In this document: one piece after another, positions 9,606 through 21,720 of the stretch
Layout: every line of letters starts with the position of its first letter
Numbering within the stretch: the first letter of the stretch is position 1
NCBI RefSeq assembly: GCF_006345805.1
Contig: NW_021832180.1
Location: forward strand, 1 to 31,644
Reading direction: 5' to 3'
Source of the DNA: Octopus sinensis
Lineage: Eukaryota
Length of the DNA: 31,644 bases
Notes under the pieces: generated by a model
The model's input: only the letters and a program-made list of their open reading frames with translations
Told to the model about the DNA's origin: nothing
Databases searched by the model: none
Program-made: the position numbers and the translations under genes

Positions 9606-10835
9606 AATAGATAAAATACGCATATGTATATACACGTGCGTCAAATTAAAATTATATCTAAAATTATAGAGATGTTATAACATTAGTTTACTTGTGTATC
9701 GACTTACATATGTGTAAATATATTTATCAGATTCTAATTATAACGCCTGCCCTTATATGTAGTTTTATCTCAGTTTATGAATATAAATATATCTTCTTCC
9801 CAAGAACAACATACGTACATATATACAAACACATAAGTTTCTATTAGCCTGTGTATCGATATACAAGCATATGGCATACAAATTTAAATATATATGCATG
9901 TACATATAACATTTACACACACACACACACATGCACACATATAATATATATGCATGTATGTATGTATGTATGTATGTATGTATGTATATATATTAATTTG
10001 CCATGTGCATTAATGTATGTGCGCAGAAGACGAAATAGAACAATAAGCAGGGTGGTAAGAACCGTCAGTATTGTCGAGAGTGGGAAGAAATACAACAGAA
10101 ATAAATACATTAAGATAAGCAAAATGGCGGGAATGTATCATATGGCAGATAAAATGGCGCTTTACTCTACTGTTTTACCATAACATATCTACTTAAAGGA
10201 CAATTTTATTTACTTTTGCTGTAGTGAAACTACGTGAAAGGCGAAGTGGACTATGTTATGTGTGTTGCTGTGTGAGTATGTATGTCTGTATGCCTGTATT
10301 TGAAAGTGTACGTGGTCGTATGTGAGCGTTTAGACGTGTTTGTGTGCAATGTTTGTGTGCGAATGTAAGAGAATCCATTTTCTCTAAAATGTTTTATGTA
10401 AAAGTACGGAGGTAGTACGTCTATGTGTGTTAGTCTGTATAAATGTATGAGTTTACGTATGTATATATGTGTATGTATATGCGCAGCTGTTGATTTTTTA
10501 GGTACAAGTATGTAAGCGTGTATGTGGTGGGGCTGTTTGATACTTTACTTCAGCTAATTTTTATGGGGCTGTTTTTGTTGTTGTTGTGGTTACTGTTGTT
10601 TTTGTCATTGTTCGTGGTTATTGTGGTGGTGTGGGTGGTGATGGACGTGCGACATGGGACGTGATGTAGGTTAAAGTACGGGTGACAATGGGGAAGAACA
10701 GTTGAAGACTGTGTTTTCTGTTTACATATTAGTGATTTTTACGCATGTAAATATATGTGTATTTGTGCAGATGTACACATATATTCATTTTTATGGACAA
10801 GTATACCTGAGTGTGTGTCTCTTTTTTTTTTCTAG

Positions 10836-10941
10836 TGGAGACGACCAAGAAAGATAGGGAAAGCCATCGTATGCGGATATATAATCGTGTTCTGATACAA
10901 GAAATGGAGAACTACGTGTAGAATTGTGTTTAAGCGACTGT
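10836..10941 (+). other. Candidate 106 nt exon with stops in all frames
   Basis: ctcttttttttttctag acceptor and canonical GTAAGT donor at 10942. Confidence 0.3.
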
Positions 10942-11457
10942 GTAAGTTCGTATGGTGTGTTGGGTGGATTAAAACAGAGCATAAAAACTGAGAGATTATG
11001 AACTGGATATGCTAACGTTTTGTTTGTTTCTCTGCGTGTGTATGTGCATAGAATGTATGTCTCTATGAATTAGGATCCAAGAACGAGGGAGACAGTGAAA
11101 GTGAAAAAACAGAGCTTAATATAGAAAGTGAGAGAGGAGAAAAAACATGGACAAATGGTTCCCAGATACAATCTGCCCTGTGTATAGAGGCCTTGGCGTA
11201 AACATGATCTTCTGAGGGGAGCTATATTTCTTTATCTGCACTATTTTGTAAATTGAAATTGTATATTACTGCAGACATGTGAACATAATTCACTATACGC
11301 TGAAATTATCATTACATCGTAGTGGCTACGAAACGGATGTAATCCTAAGGATGTAAAGTGTTTAAGTAAATGTATTCATTTCTCACACCTCCCGACTTTT
11401 TATGGTGTGTGTTTGTGTGCGTGCCTGTGTGTGTGTGTGTGTGTGGCGTGCCTCTGT

Positions 11458-11498
<41 letters not shown>

Positions 11499-11885
11499 AC
11501 GACTCTTCCCATTCTCTCTTTAGGACAGCTGTATCATCCACTGAACCTGATGACGCAACATTGTAAGAAAATGATCCGCCTTCTACTTATAAAGTGAAGG
11601 ACATAATACCGTAAAAGCTTAGAGTCAAAGGGCTTAGGGCTTTTCAATAGCGAGCAAAAAAGCCTCCGAAATCTGCAATGTCTAGATGCGGCTGCATTCC
11701 CAGAAAACTCCAAAGCAAATTTTTATCTGAGATACCAGATTAACGCAGATTGCTCTAAGAAACGTAAACAAGGTTTTATCCAAATCTTTCATTTGCGAAA
11801 ACAAACTAGGAGAGAAATAAACTGAAATGAAATAAACTAAGAAACACAACAATACCAGTGCTACACCACAGACACAGCATATGGT

Positions 11886-11960
<75 letters not shown>

Positions 11961-12003
11961 TATATAATATAATATTATATATATATATATATATATTTTG
12001 TGT

Positions 12004-12039
<36 letters not shown>

Positions 12040-12059
12040 TGTGTATGTATATATCGTGG

Positions 12060-12437
12060 CACTCCGTCGGTTACGATGACGTGGGTTACAGTTGATCCGA
12101 TCAACGGAACAGCCTGCTCGTGAAATTAACATGCAAGTGGCTGAGCACTCTTAAGACATGTGTACCTTTAACTTAGTTCTCCGGGAGATTCAGCGTGACA
12201 CAGAGTGTGACAAGGCTGGCCCTTTGAAACACAGGTACAACAGGAACAGGAAGAAAGAATGAGAGAAAGTTGTGGTGAAAGAGTACAGCAGGGTTCGCCA
12301 CGACCCCTTGTCGGAGCCTCGTGGAGCTTTAGGTTTTTTCGCTCAATAAACACTCACAACGCCCGGTCTGGTAGTCGAAACCGCGATCCTTCGACCGTGA
12401 GTCCGTTGCCTTAACCACTGGGCCATTGCGCATCACA
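12060..12437 (-). mobile_element. tRNA-derived SINE, third family (tail ...gtaaccgacggagtg)
   Basis: Reverse-complement copy of 25958-26361; head gcgcaatggcccagtggttaaggcaacggactc...ggtttcgactacc. Confidence 0.85.
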
Positions 12438-12995
12438 CGTTATAAGAGCACGACTCTTCCCATTCTGTCAGCAGTACAGTGGTTCATTCATTTATAAATC
12501 TAAGACCTTCACAATGATTACAGAGAATTTATGCTACAGCTCCCGAGCATGTTCTAGTGACTCGAGTTTGTTCTTCTCTTCACGCCCTTGCTCGTACTGT
12601 CTCATTTTTTCTCTTGTTTACTTCCTTCCATATTTTATAAACAAATATCAATTTCCAAGCCAGCAGACGATAAATAATTGCGTTAAGTGAAATGAGATAT
12701 AAAAATATTTACTTCAGTTTTTAAAAAAAGTCCACTTTTCACTATCCATTCACCACGAGTACCATCATCATCACCAACACCACCATCACCACCACCGCAA
12801 CCATTATAGTTTACAGTAACAAAACTCGGTCTAAGTTGTTTGCCAACCAGGATTATTTCATTTCAGTTCAGTTCAGTTGTTTGTTTATATCTGCTTTTCT
12901 GACTACTTTTTGAAAACGAGTACATCCATGGTAATTTCGTTAGGTTATTTCAATACCATTGAAACAATCTCTCTAAGTTTAATATTATTAATCCT

Positions 12996-13180
12996 TTTTT
13001 TAGGGTGGCGAATCGTTAGTACGCTGATAAAATGCTTAGCAGTATTTCGTCCTTCTGTACGTTCTAAGTTCAGATCCGCCGAGATCGACTTTACCTTTCA
13101 TCCTTTCAGGGTTGATAAAATAAGTACCAGTTGTTTACTGGGGTCGATGTAATCGACTTGCCACTTCCCCAAAATTTCAG
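12996..13180 (+). mobile_element. Meta-type SINE monomer
   Basis: gaatcgttagtacgc...gttctaagttcagatccgccgagatcgactttacctttcatcctttcagggttgataaaataagtaccag. Confidence 0.85.
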
Positions 13181-13309
13181 TAGATGAGATTATTAATTCA
13201 TTTGCTGTCTACCAAATGATGTCAATGTGGATAGAATGATAAACAGATTGATAGATAGATGATGTAAAAAACTGAATAACATGCTATGATTATTATTTTT
13301 TTTTTTAAT

Positions 13310-13481
13310 TTGTTACTAGTTTCAGTCATTTGACTGCTGCCATGTTGGAGCACCGCCTTTAGTCGTGTACTTATTCCATCGGTCTCATTTATGGAACTGC
13401 TAAATTACGGGGAGTGAACACACCAACTTTGGTTGTCAAGAAATAGTGGGGAACAAACACAGACACACATATACATACTAC

Positions 13482-13538
<57 letters not shown>

Positions 13539-13735
13539 GTATATATAATATGTATATATATATATACATATATGTGCGTGTGTGTGTATATATATAATAT
13601 ATAAAATATATATATATACACGAGGTGCTACTTCCAGTTTCCTGTTTCCAAATGCACTCACAAGGCATTGGTCGGCCTGAGACTATAGTAGAAGACACTT
13701 GCCCTGGGTACAATGCAGTAGGACTGAAACCCATT
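13310..13735 (-). mobile_element. CORE-type SINE with internal (TA)n tract
   Basis: Tail ttcagtcatttgactgctgccatgttggagcaccgcc and head cactcacaaggcattggtcggcctgagactatagtagaagacacttgccc flank the microsatellite at 13470-13620. Confidence 0.85.
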
Positions 13736-13922
13736 TAAAATTTCCGACTCCTAAACCCTTTTTATTTCCTTCTGTCTCTAACTTCAACAGACTTTTTTAA
13801 CCATGCCATTTCCTTCTTCACGTCGTTGTCAATTCTCTCTTCCTATTTCTCTTCACCCCCTCACTTCCCCTAACCACATGACAGCTTAATGCATCGTCTC
13901 GCTACTAATCTCTCTCTCTCCA

Positions 13923-13953
<31 letters not shown>

Positions 13954-14138
13954 CCTCTCTCTCTCTCTCTCTCGGTCTTCGCTTTCCCCTACACTAATCA
14001 CGTGACAACGAAACGCATTCCGGCCTTAGCATATTAATATATAGATAATATTAATAACAATAATATATATATATATAAGTATATATATAAGTATATCTAT
14101 TTATCATCTACATCTATCTATCTATATATCTATCTACC

Positions 14139-14174
<36 letters not shown>

Positions 14175-14914
14175 TTGTGTGTGTGTATGTATATATGTAT
14201 ATGTATATATATATATATGTATGCATATATATTATATAATATATATATATATTATATATATATATATATTATATATATTTGCATATATATATGCATATAT
14301 ATATATAAATAGATGCATATACATACATTCATATAACATACATAGACGTACATACATTCATACATAACATATACATACGTACATACATCTAATTATATAT
14401 ATATATATATATATGCATACACGCACACACATATATTAATGTTATGCAAACATGTAAAACTTAATTATCTCAGCTGCTTCAAGTTTACTTAGCACCAAAT
14501 CCGTCCTCTTTCTTGACTATTTAGATATATGGCAATTTTGGTTTATACGAGGGAGAAATAAATTAAGAAAACATAAATTATAGTACAAAAATGTTTAAGT
14601 TGATAATTCTTTAATTAGAACATTTCTTGCAAATAACCTTGATTCTCTGAGATTTCCCCTGAAGTTCGTATTCTTCAGGCAGTGTTTTCAAGGCAAACGA
14701 CTCGTAAAGTGGTTAGTTCTTTGTATTCTTCATCATTCTCTCTTCTCGTTCGTTGAACTCTTACTGATAATAAAGGAATATCTTCATTTTTTTTTTTTTT
14801 TCATGTAAATGTTATGCTTCAACTCTATATTTTTGGCTGCTGAGAACCATCTTACTTTTTACGCTGTCTTCTCAGCGTGACGCAACCGTTTGCCACTATA
14901 TTCTTTCATTCTTT

Positions 14915-15135
14915 CGTTTTCATTCTTTTGCTTGTTTTCAGTCATTTGACTGCGGATTTGCTGGAGCACCGCCTTTTTTTGTCGAACGAATCGACCGCCA
15001 GGACTTATTCTTTGTAAGCTTAGTACTTATCGTATCAGTCTCTTTTGCCGAACTGCTAAGTTACAGGGTCGTAAGCACACCAGGATCGGTTGTCAAGCGA
15101 TGTTGGGGAGACAAACACAGACACAAAATACACAC
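14915..15135 (-). mobile_element. CORE-type SINE, 3' half
   Basis: cagtcatttgactgcgg...ggagcaccgcc...tttgccgaactgctaagttacagggtcgtaagcacaccaggatcggttgtcaagcgatgttgggg. Confidence 0.85.
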
Positions 15136-15240
15136 CACACACACACACACACACACACATACACACACAAACACATACACACATACACACATGCATATGT
15201 CATACTTCAGGAGTTATTGCTCTTTCGCTCTTTTCGCCAG

Positions 15241-15282
15241 CAATCTAACCCCTTAATCGCTCACAATAGCCATAATACAGCG
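15241..15282 (+). other. Candidate 42 nt exon (QSNPLIAHNSHNTA, only phase 0 open)
   Basis: ctctttcgctcttttcgccag acceptor; GCG|GTATGA donor-like end. Confidence 0.28.
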
Positions 15283-15664
15283 GTATGACGTCTTGATGTT
15301 TTTTGCATAGTAAACCCAATCTGGAAGTTGGTCCGTAAATATTAATGACCTGTAGGGACACCATATTTCGTTATTCAATCATAATATACTACGAAGCATA
15401 TTACACGTTTTAATAAGTCAATACTGTATTCTCCTGTGTTAGCAGTGCTATTACATCACTTGTCAAGGTGATCTCTACAGCTTCTCTATAGAAATTATAA
15501 CCAGCACTGGTTTTTGTTAACACGTTCCGTATCCGAAACGCCTGGTATAAAGCACAACAATGAGACCGAAGATAAAAAAAAACGGTTAATGGACGTATAT
15601 GCCTTACTCCGGGGGATTTTGCTCCTTCCTCAGCACCCACCTGACCCATTAATCATCCACAATC

Positions 15665-16245
15665 AAGGCGGTGAGCTGGCAGTTTCGTTAGCACGCCAGG
15701 CGAAATGCTTAGCGGTATTTCGTCTACCGCTAAGTTCTGAGTTCAAATTCCGCCGAGGTCAACTTTGCCTTTCATCCTTTCGGGGTCTATAAATTAAGGA
15801 CCAGTTACGCACTGGGGTCGATATAATCGACTTAATCCGTTTGTCTGTCCTTGCTTGTCCCCTCTGTGTTTAGCCCCTTGTGGGTAGTAAAAAAATAGGT
15901 ATTTCGTCTGTCTTTACGTTCTGAGTTCAAATTCCGCCGAGGTCGACTTTGCCTTTCATCCTTTCATGGTCGATTAAATAAGTACCAGTTACGCACTGGG
16001 GTCGATAAAATCGACTTAATCCGTTTGCCTTTCCTTGTTTGTTCCCTCTGTGTTTAGCCCCTTGTGGGTAGTAAAGAAATCGGTATTTCGTCTGCCGTTA
16101 CATTCTGAGTTCGAATTCCGGCTAGGTCGACTTTGCCTTTCATTCTTTCGGGGTCGATGAAATAAGTACCAGTTACGCACTGGGGTTGATATAATCGTCT
16201 AGTCCTCTTGCTCCAAGATTTTCAAGACTTTGTGTCAAGAGTAGA
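15665..16245 (+). mobile_element. Meta-type SINE trimer (184 bp period)
   Basis: ggtatttcgtct restarts at 15714, 15898 and 16082; each unit has gttctgagttc(a/g)aattcc...tttgcctttcat(c/t)ctttc. Confidence 0.9.
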
Positions 16246-16399
16246 AATAATTAATCCTCCACAAACTTATTGCCTAATTAGCCACTGTATTTAGCGGTGT
16301 AACGTTATTGGGGATACCAATCTTACATATTAAAAAAAAAACGTTTAATATATTTTGTCGCAATTTACGGTTGCATAACGAAATATCGTCTGCCTACAA

Positions 16400-16690
16400 G
16401 TCATTGATGCGCACATACATAAAGACTGTCAAAAGGAGCGTAAAAAGAGACATAATTGTATTACCTTTCATAGGTCGTTCAATTTGATTTGCTGATAAAG
16501 TAACTCTTCCGCCACAGTAACGCTTCTTCTTCATTGCAGGAAGATAATGGGTTTCCATTAGAAGCAACAGGCTGCCATTGAGTTCTTGACGAAGGGGATA
16601 TACAGGCAATCTGGCATTCAAGGAAAGCCCTTTGTGGAAATAACATCGTTGACAGGAGAACTCTTTTGAATGAACATTTTTTCATTTTTT
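16400..16690 (+). mobile_element. Decayed mariner transposon, 5' part
   Basis: From about 16549: MGFH*KQQAAIEFLTKG, resembling the mariner N-terminal KQRAVIEFL motif; continues at 17345 after an insertion. Confidence 0.55.
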
Positions 16691-16785
16691 CATTTTTTTT
16701 TCTCTAGTTTCAGCTCAGAGCTGCGGCCATGCTGATGCACCGCCGTTTACATTTGATGAATATTGTCCTCGTCTTGTTTGTTGTT

Positions 16786-16831
16786 AACTCAACGTTTCGA
16801 CTGATATACCCTCCAGCCTTCATCAGATGTC
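16786..16831 (-). ncRNA. Minimal hammerhead ribozyme motif (slightly decayed stem I)
   Basis: Reverse complement GACAU-CUGAUGA-A-GGCUGG agggUaua UCAGUC-GAAAC-GUU-GAGUU. Confidence 0.6.
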
Positions 16832-16920
16832 TTGGGGGAAATTTCGAACCTGGTTTCTCATTCCTAAGTATTTTTCGATGTTGTTGTTATTATTCAGGAC
16901 ACTGCCTGGAATCGAAATCG

Positions 16921-16961
<41 letters not shown>

Positions 16962-17020
16962 TAATAATAATATGATGATGATGTGATGATGATGATGATG
17001 GGATGATGATAATGATGATG

Positions 17021-17051
<31 letters not shown>

Positions 17052-17075
17052 CAATAATAATAAATAATCATAATA

Positions 17076-17135
<60 letters not shown>

Positions 17136-17221
17136 AAATGATTATAATAATGATAATAATGATAATGATAACATCGAAAAATACCTTAGGAATGAGAACC
17201 CAGGTTCGAAAATTTCCCCAG

Positions 17222-17267
17222 GGCACCTGATGATGGCTGAAGGGTATATCAGCCGAAACGTTGTGTT
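17222..17267 (+). ncRNA. Minimal hammerhead ribozyme motif with loopless palindromic stem III
   Basis: GGCAC-CUGAUGA-U-GGCUGA agggUaua UCAGCC-GAAAC-GUU-GUGUU; predicted cleavage after 17262. Confidence 0.7.
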
Positions 17268-17344
17268 AACAACAAAGAAGATGAGGTAAATGTAAATAAT
17301 GTAAATAATGTACATAATTCCTCATCTCTTAAATGTAGAACTGT

Positions 17345-17915
17345 ATTAAGAGAAAATCAGTTTTGAAGAGAAACCTTGCATTGGAGACCGTTAATTGCGA
17401 CTACTGACACGAATCGCAAGCGAGTGGATGAATTAACTGCCGTGGGCAGACGACTCATAGTGTTTCGGCTTGCTTGCACATCAGGACTATCGCCTCAATG
17501 CATTACAGAAGATAGATGAAAATTTTGAGTACGAAGAACGTGTGCGGAAAGTGAGTTCCTCGGCGGTTGACGCTTGAATGAGAAGATGAAAACCTGTTCT
17601 GATCTGCTGGAAGCTTTTAAAACCAATGAGAAGAAGTGTTTTTTCGAGCTCGTGACAGTGGAGCAAACGTAAAAGTATCGTTATGAACCGAAAACGAATG
17701 GTCGTTTCACGCCATTGCATCACAGCCCTTCTTCAAGGCCTAAGAAGTCCAAGAGCCAGTGACCGGCACAGAAAGACGTGATGTTTGTTTTCAGGAATGA
17801 AAAGGACGTCGTCTGTTTTACGTTTTTAGAAAGTGACCCTAACAGAGGCCGCGAGTGACACACTGAGACCCTCAGAAAAGCTTAGAGAAGCCATTTAGAG
17901 GAAGTGACCGAACAA
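17345..17915 (+). mobile_element. Decayed mariner transposase, central part
   Basis: Piecewise translation gives KRVDEL...RRL, a degenerate WVPRRLT (gtgagttcctcggcggttgacg), ELVTVEQT*KYRYEPKT (VTGDETW..YEP), SPSSRPKKSK and KLREAI*RK. Confidence 0.8.
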
Positions 17916-18030
17916 GTATCTAAACACTATCTGTATTTACCCTTTCAGTACCCGACCACACATGTGGGTTTGTCACTAGCGCTCCATCTACTCTACCAGC
18001 CGAAACTCGCACCTTCCATCTGTTTAACCC

Positions 18031-18598
18031 ATCTGTGTGTGTGTGTGTGTGTTGTGTGTGGTGTGCGTGCGCAGTCTTACAGGTATGCTGACGATCATAG
18101 ACGCGTGCTCAGAAACCTATTTAATTTGTGCCTACGAGTGTTGCACCAAAAGTAGTCAAAAGTGGTTTGACCATGTTTTTTTTATTAACTGACGGAAATC
18201 ATTCAAATTCTGAAGTACAATCTTCGAGGATAATGATTTCGTTACATAAAGGATTTGAAATGGTTGCGATGTGGTAGGTACGTCTAGCAACACCCAAAAA
18301 ATTTTGACAAGGATTCGAGAAACGGGTTCAACGATGTCGAAAAGGAGGAACTTGTGAGAGGCGTTATGTTTACTTGTAATATCGAATAGAGAAATTATTA
18401 CGCTTGTAACATACAGAATTTGAATGATTTCCGTCAGTTAACAAAAAAAAAATGGTCAAATCACTTTTGATTTACTTTTGGTGCAACACTCGTAGTCACA
18501 AATTAAAGAGGTTTCTGAGCTTGCGTCTAGGATCGTCAGCATATCTGTACGACTGCGTACGCACACACACACACACACACACACGCACACATTCAGAT
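18031..18598. mobile_element. Foldback/MITE-like element with about 180 bp inverted arms
   Basis: 18062-18212 aligns to the reverse complement of 18414-18566 at roughly 88% by eye; arms extend outward through (TG)n/(CA)n; about 200 bp non-coding spacer. Confidence 0.7.
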
Positions 18599-18599
18599 A

Positions 18600-18690
18600 G
18601 ATAGATACATACATGTAGATAGACAGACAGACAGACAGACGTACGGAAGGATGGACAGACAGATAGACTGGCAGACAGGCAGACAGGCTG

Positions 18691-18742
<52 letters not shown>

Positions 18743-18791
18743 CATACATACATACATACATACATACATACATACATAGATACATAGATAG

Positions 18792-18832
<41 letters not shown>

Positions 18833-18836
18833 CAGG

Positions 18837-18882
<46 letters not shown>

Positions 18883-18995
18883 CGATAGCTAGTTAGCTAG
18901 ATAGATAGAGAGAGAGAAAGGAAGAGATTAATAGATAGATAGATAGAGAGAAGAGAGAGAGGTGGGTGGAGAGAGGGGGAGAGAGAGAATAAAAG
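18600..18995. repeat. (GATA)n/(GACA)n/(CATA)n/(GA)n compound microsatellite
   Basis: Directly visible. Confidence 0.95.
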
Positions 18996-19977
18996 ATAAT
19001 GAATTGCTCACGCGGAAGGCGCATAGTATTTATTTATGTGTATATATTTTTTTCAATAAAAATAATATCGATGTAAACGATGTCTCCTGAAGTGTGTTGG
19101 TTTTGTTAGCATCTGTAGGGATTCGGTAAAAGAAATATCTCTTCTCTATGCAGCACGCGCGCGTCTGTCTGTGTGTCTGTGCGTGTGAACGTGTGTGTAT
19201 GAGCGATGAGTGGTTGTGTGTATGTGTGTGTGTGTGTGCGTGTGCACGTGTGTGTGAATGCGTAGGTGCGTGTGTGTGTGTGCATACGTGTTTTGTCTGT
19301 GAGTGTGTGTGCTTGAGTCTGTGTGTGTGAGTGTGCGCGCGCATGCGTTTGAGTATGTGTGTGTGTATGTGTGCTTTCCTTTTTTTGTTTCTGTGTATGT
19401 GAATATGTGTGTGCGCGCATGGATGCTTGTGTATCTGAACGCATGCATGTGTGTGTCTGTGAACGCATGCATGTGTGTGTCTGTGTGTGTGTCTGTGTGT
19501 GTATAAGTGTGCGTTTAACCAAGTCGATATTATGATAATAATTTTTTTCTTATTTTATCGATATCGGCCACCGGGCCGCAGACATACAGGAACAACAGAT
19601 GGCTGGCTAGAAAGATAGATATACACACATATATAGAGAGAGAGATAGATTAAAATGGCGTCTTAAACAAACACATAACCCGAGTGTCATTAAAATTCCT
19701 GTCCCCGCTTCTTATGCATTCACCAATGAATCGATCAATCCGCAAATCAATCTATATCTCCCCCTCCCGCTATATATCTCTCCCTCTCTTTCTCTCATTA
19801 CACCCCCTGATCTACCTACCCCCTTCACTAATATGCGTATGTCTGTGTATAACTGGTCTGTATAAATCTACCTGTCCGTGGGCGATGTGTGATTATCTAC
19901 ATATGTTTTTGTGTACCTCAGTGCGTATGTGTGTGGAACGTCAGTGTGTACTTGTGTGTGTGTGTGTGTGTGTAAGC

Positions 19978-20012
<35 letters not shown>

Positions 20013-20284
20013 TGTGCGGGTGTGTTAACCAATAATTACACGTGACATGTTCGATGCAAATCGGATTTGGAAGCAGAGAGCGAGCAAGAATGGTTGTGTG
20101 AGAATTTCCTTGCATCAGTTTTCTATTCGAACACCTTGTTTCTGTTTACTAGGCTTTTATATAACAACGATGAGAACATTTACTCCTTTGACCAGGTGCC
20201 ACTCACAGAACATTTACCAGCAACAAAATAGATAAAAATACAATTAATTTTCCTCTAACAGCAACATCAACACCAACAATGTAT

Positions 20285-20368
20285 GCATATTTTTGTCTGT
20301 CTGTATACACACACACAAAACCACACACACACACACATATATATATGTGTGTATATATGTATACACAC

Positions 20369-20413
<45 letters not shown>

Positions 20414-20631
20414 ATATAAAGTTTATAGATATATACACGCAAATCATGTTGTATGTAGGTAAGGTATGCATATGTGTGTATATATATGTGTATGTGTATA
20501 AGTATACTTTTTCTCCTTTCTTCCCCTTTGCTTTCATGTGTTTATTTAGCTATATAATTTGTATATCTTCATGTTTATTTAGTCCTTTGGTTTCTACGCC
20601 ATATGCATACATGCATTCATATATATGATGT

Positions 20632-20692
<61 letters not shown>

Positions 20693-20976
20693 TAATTCAC
20701 CTGTATGTTTACCAACTTATTCTATTACGTGTTTGTCTATTAATTATATATTTTTATTTTTATATACATATGTGTTTTTTTCTTTTATACATACTATATA
20801 TATATATATTTACGTGCATATATTTTGTGTTCATTTATCATTTTTTTTTCATTTTACTTGCTTTTATTTACTTTGTATTGTTATGTTTTGTTTTTGTTTC
20901 TCTTCTCATTTTTCCCACACCTTTAGATGTGGGCCTCACGTTGAAAATTCAATAATTAGGCCTCTCCGCTCAGATG

Positions 20977-21008
<32 letters not shown>

Positions 21009-21038
21009 CATACATACCACATATACATATACATATGC

Positions 21039-21081
<43 letters not shown>

Positions 21082-21683
21082 AAATATATTATACAATATA
21101 TATTTATATATATATGTATATATATTTTTTATATATCCATGTATATTTGTGTCTGTAGATGTGTACAGGTGTGTGTAGTGGGGGGTGCGTGTGTGTGTGG
21201 AAGTAGCAAAATTTGTTGGAATACACAAACTAAATGTACATACGCATATCGATACGTAATTATTGGAATATGTAAATAAAAAAATTCGATTTAATTACTA
21301 CCAAAAACGACATTGCTCTGTGTTTATAGCATTGGTGTATGAATATAAGGTGTGATAATTGCATATGAGTGCAAACGACTGAAGGTGTGTGAGTGAATGG
21401 AAAATACAAGGTAGACATGGATGCGTTTGTGTTACTGATTACCTGACGATGTGTGTGTGTGCGTGTGTGTGTGTGTGTGTGTCTGTGTGTGTGTGTGTGT
21501 GTGTACCTGTGTGTGTGTGTACCTGTGTGTGTTGTGTGTGTGTGTGGTATGGACGTATGCAAATCTGGAAATTTTTCTCACAGTTTTGTATGACGTAAAT
21601 CTATACTTTCGATGCATCAATGTCGGCAAGTTTCTAATTTGCGTTGATGTGTGTGCGTGTGTGTATACATTTATGTGTGTGTA

Positions 21684-21720
<37 letters not shown>

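Larger units (their letters stand above)
16750..17345. mobile_element. Inverted pair of PLE terminal repeats around an (AAT)/(GAT)n tract
   Basis: About 16765-16885 (-) and 17170-17290 (+) are reverse-complement copies (catcgaaaaatac.ttaggaatgagaa.ccaggttcgaaa...), each with an HHR. Confidence 0.8.

Noticed and set aside
11545-11580. ctgatga...gaaa, possible hammerhead
   Set aside because: No credible stem II, no NUH after GAAA and no stem I.
16394-16685. Minus-strand ORFs of 68-75 aa and a + strand acceptor-like cttcttcttcattgcag
   Set aside because: Better explained as the 5' part of a decayed + strand mariner; all frames after the AG stop quickly.
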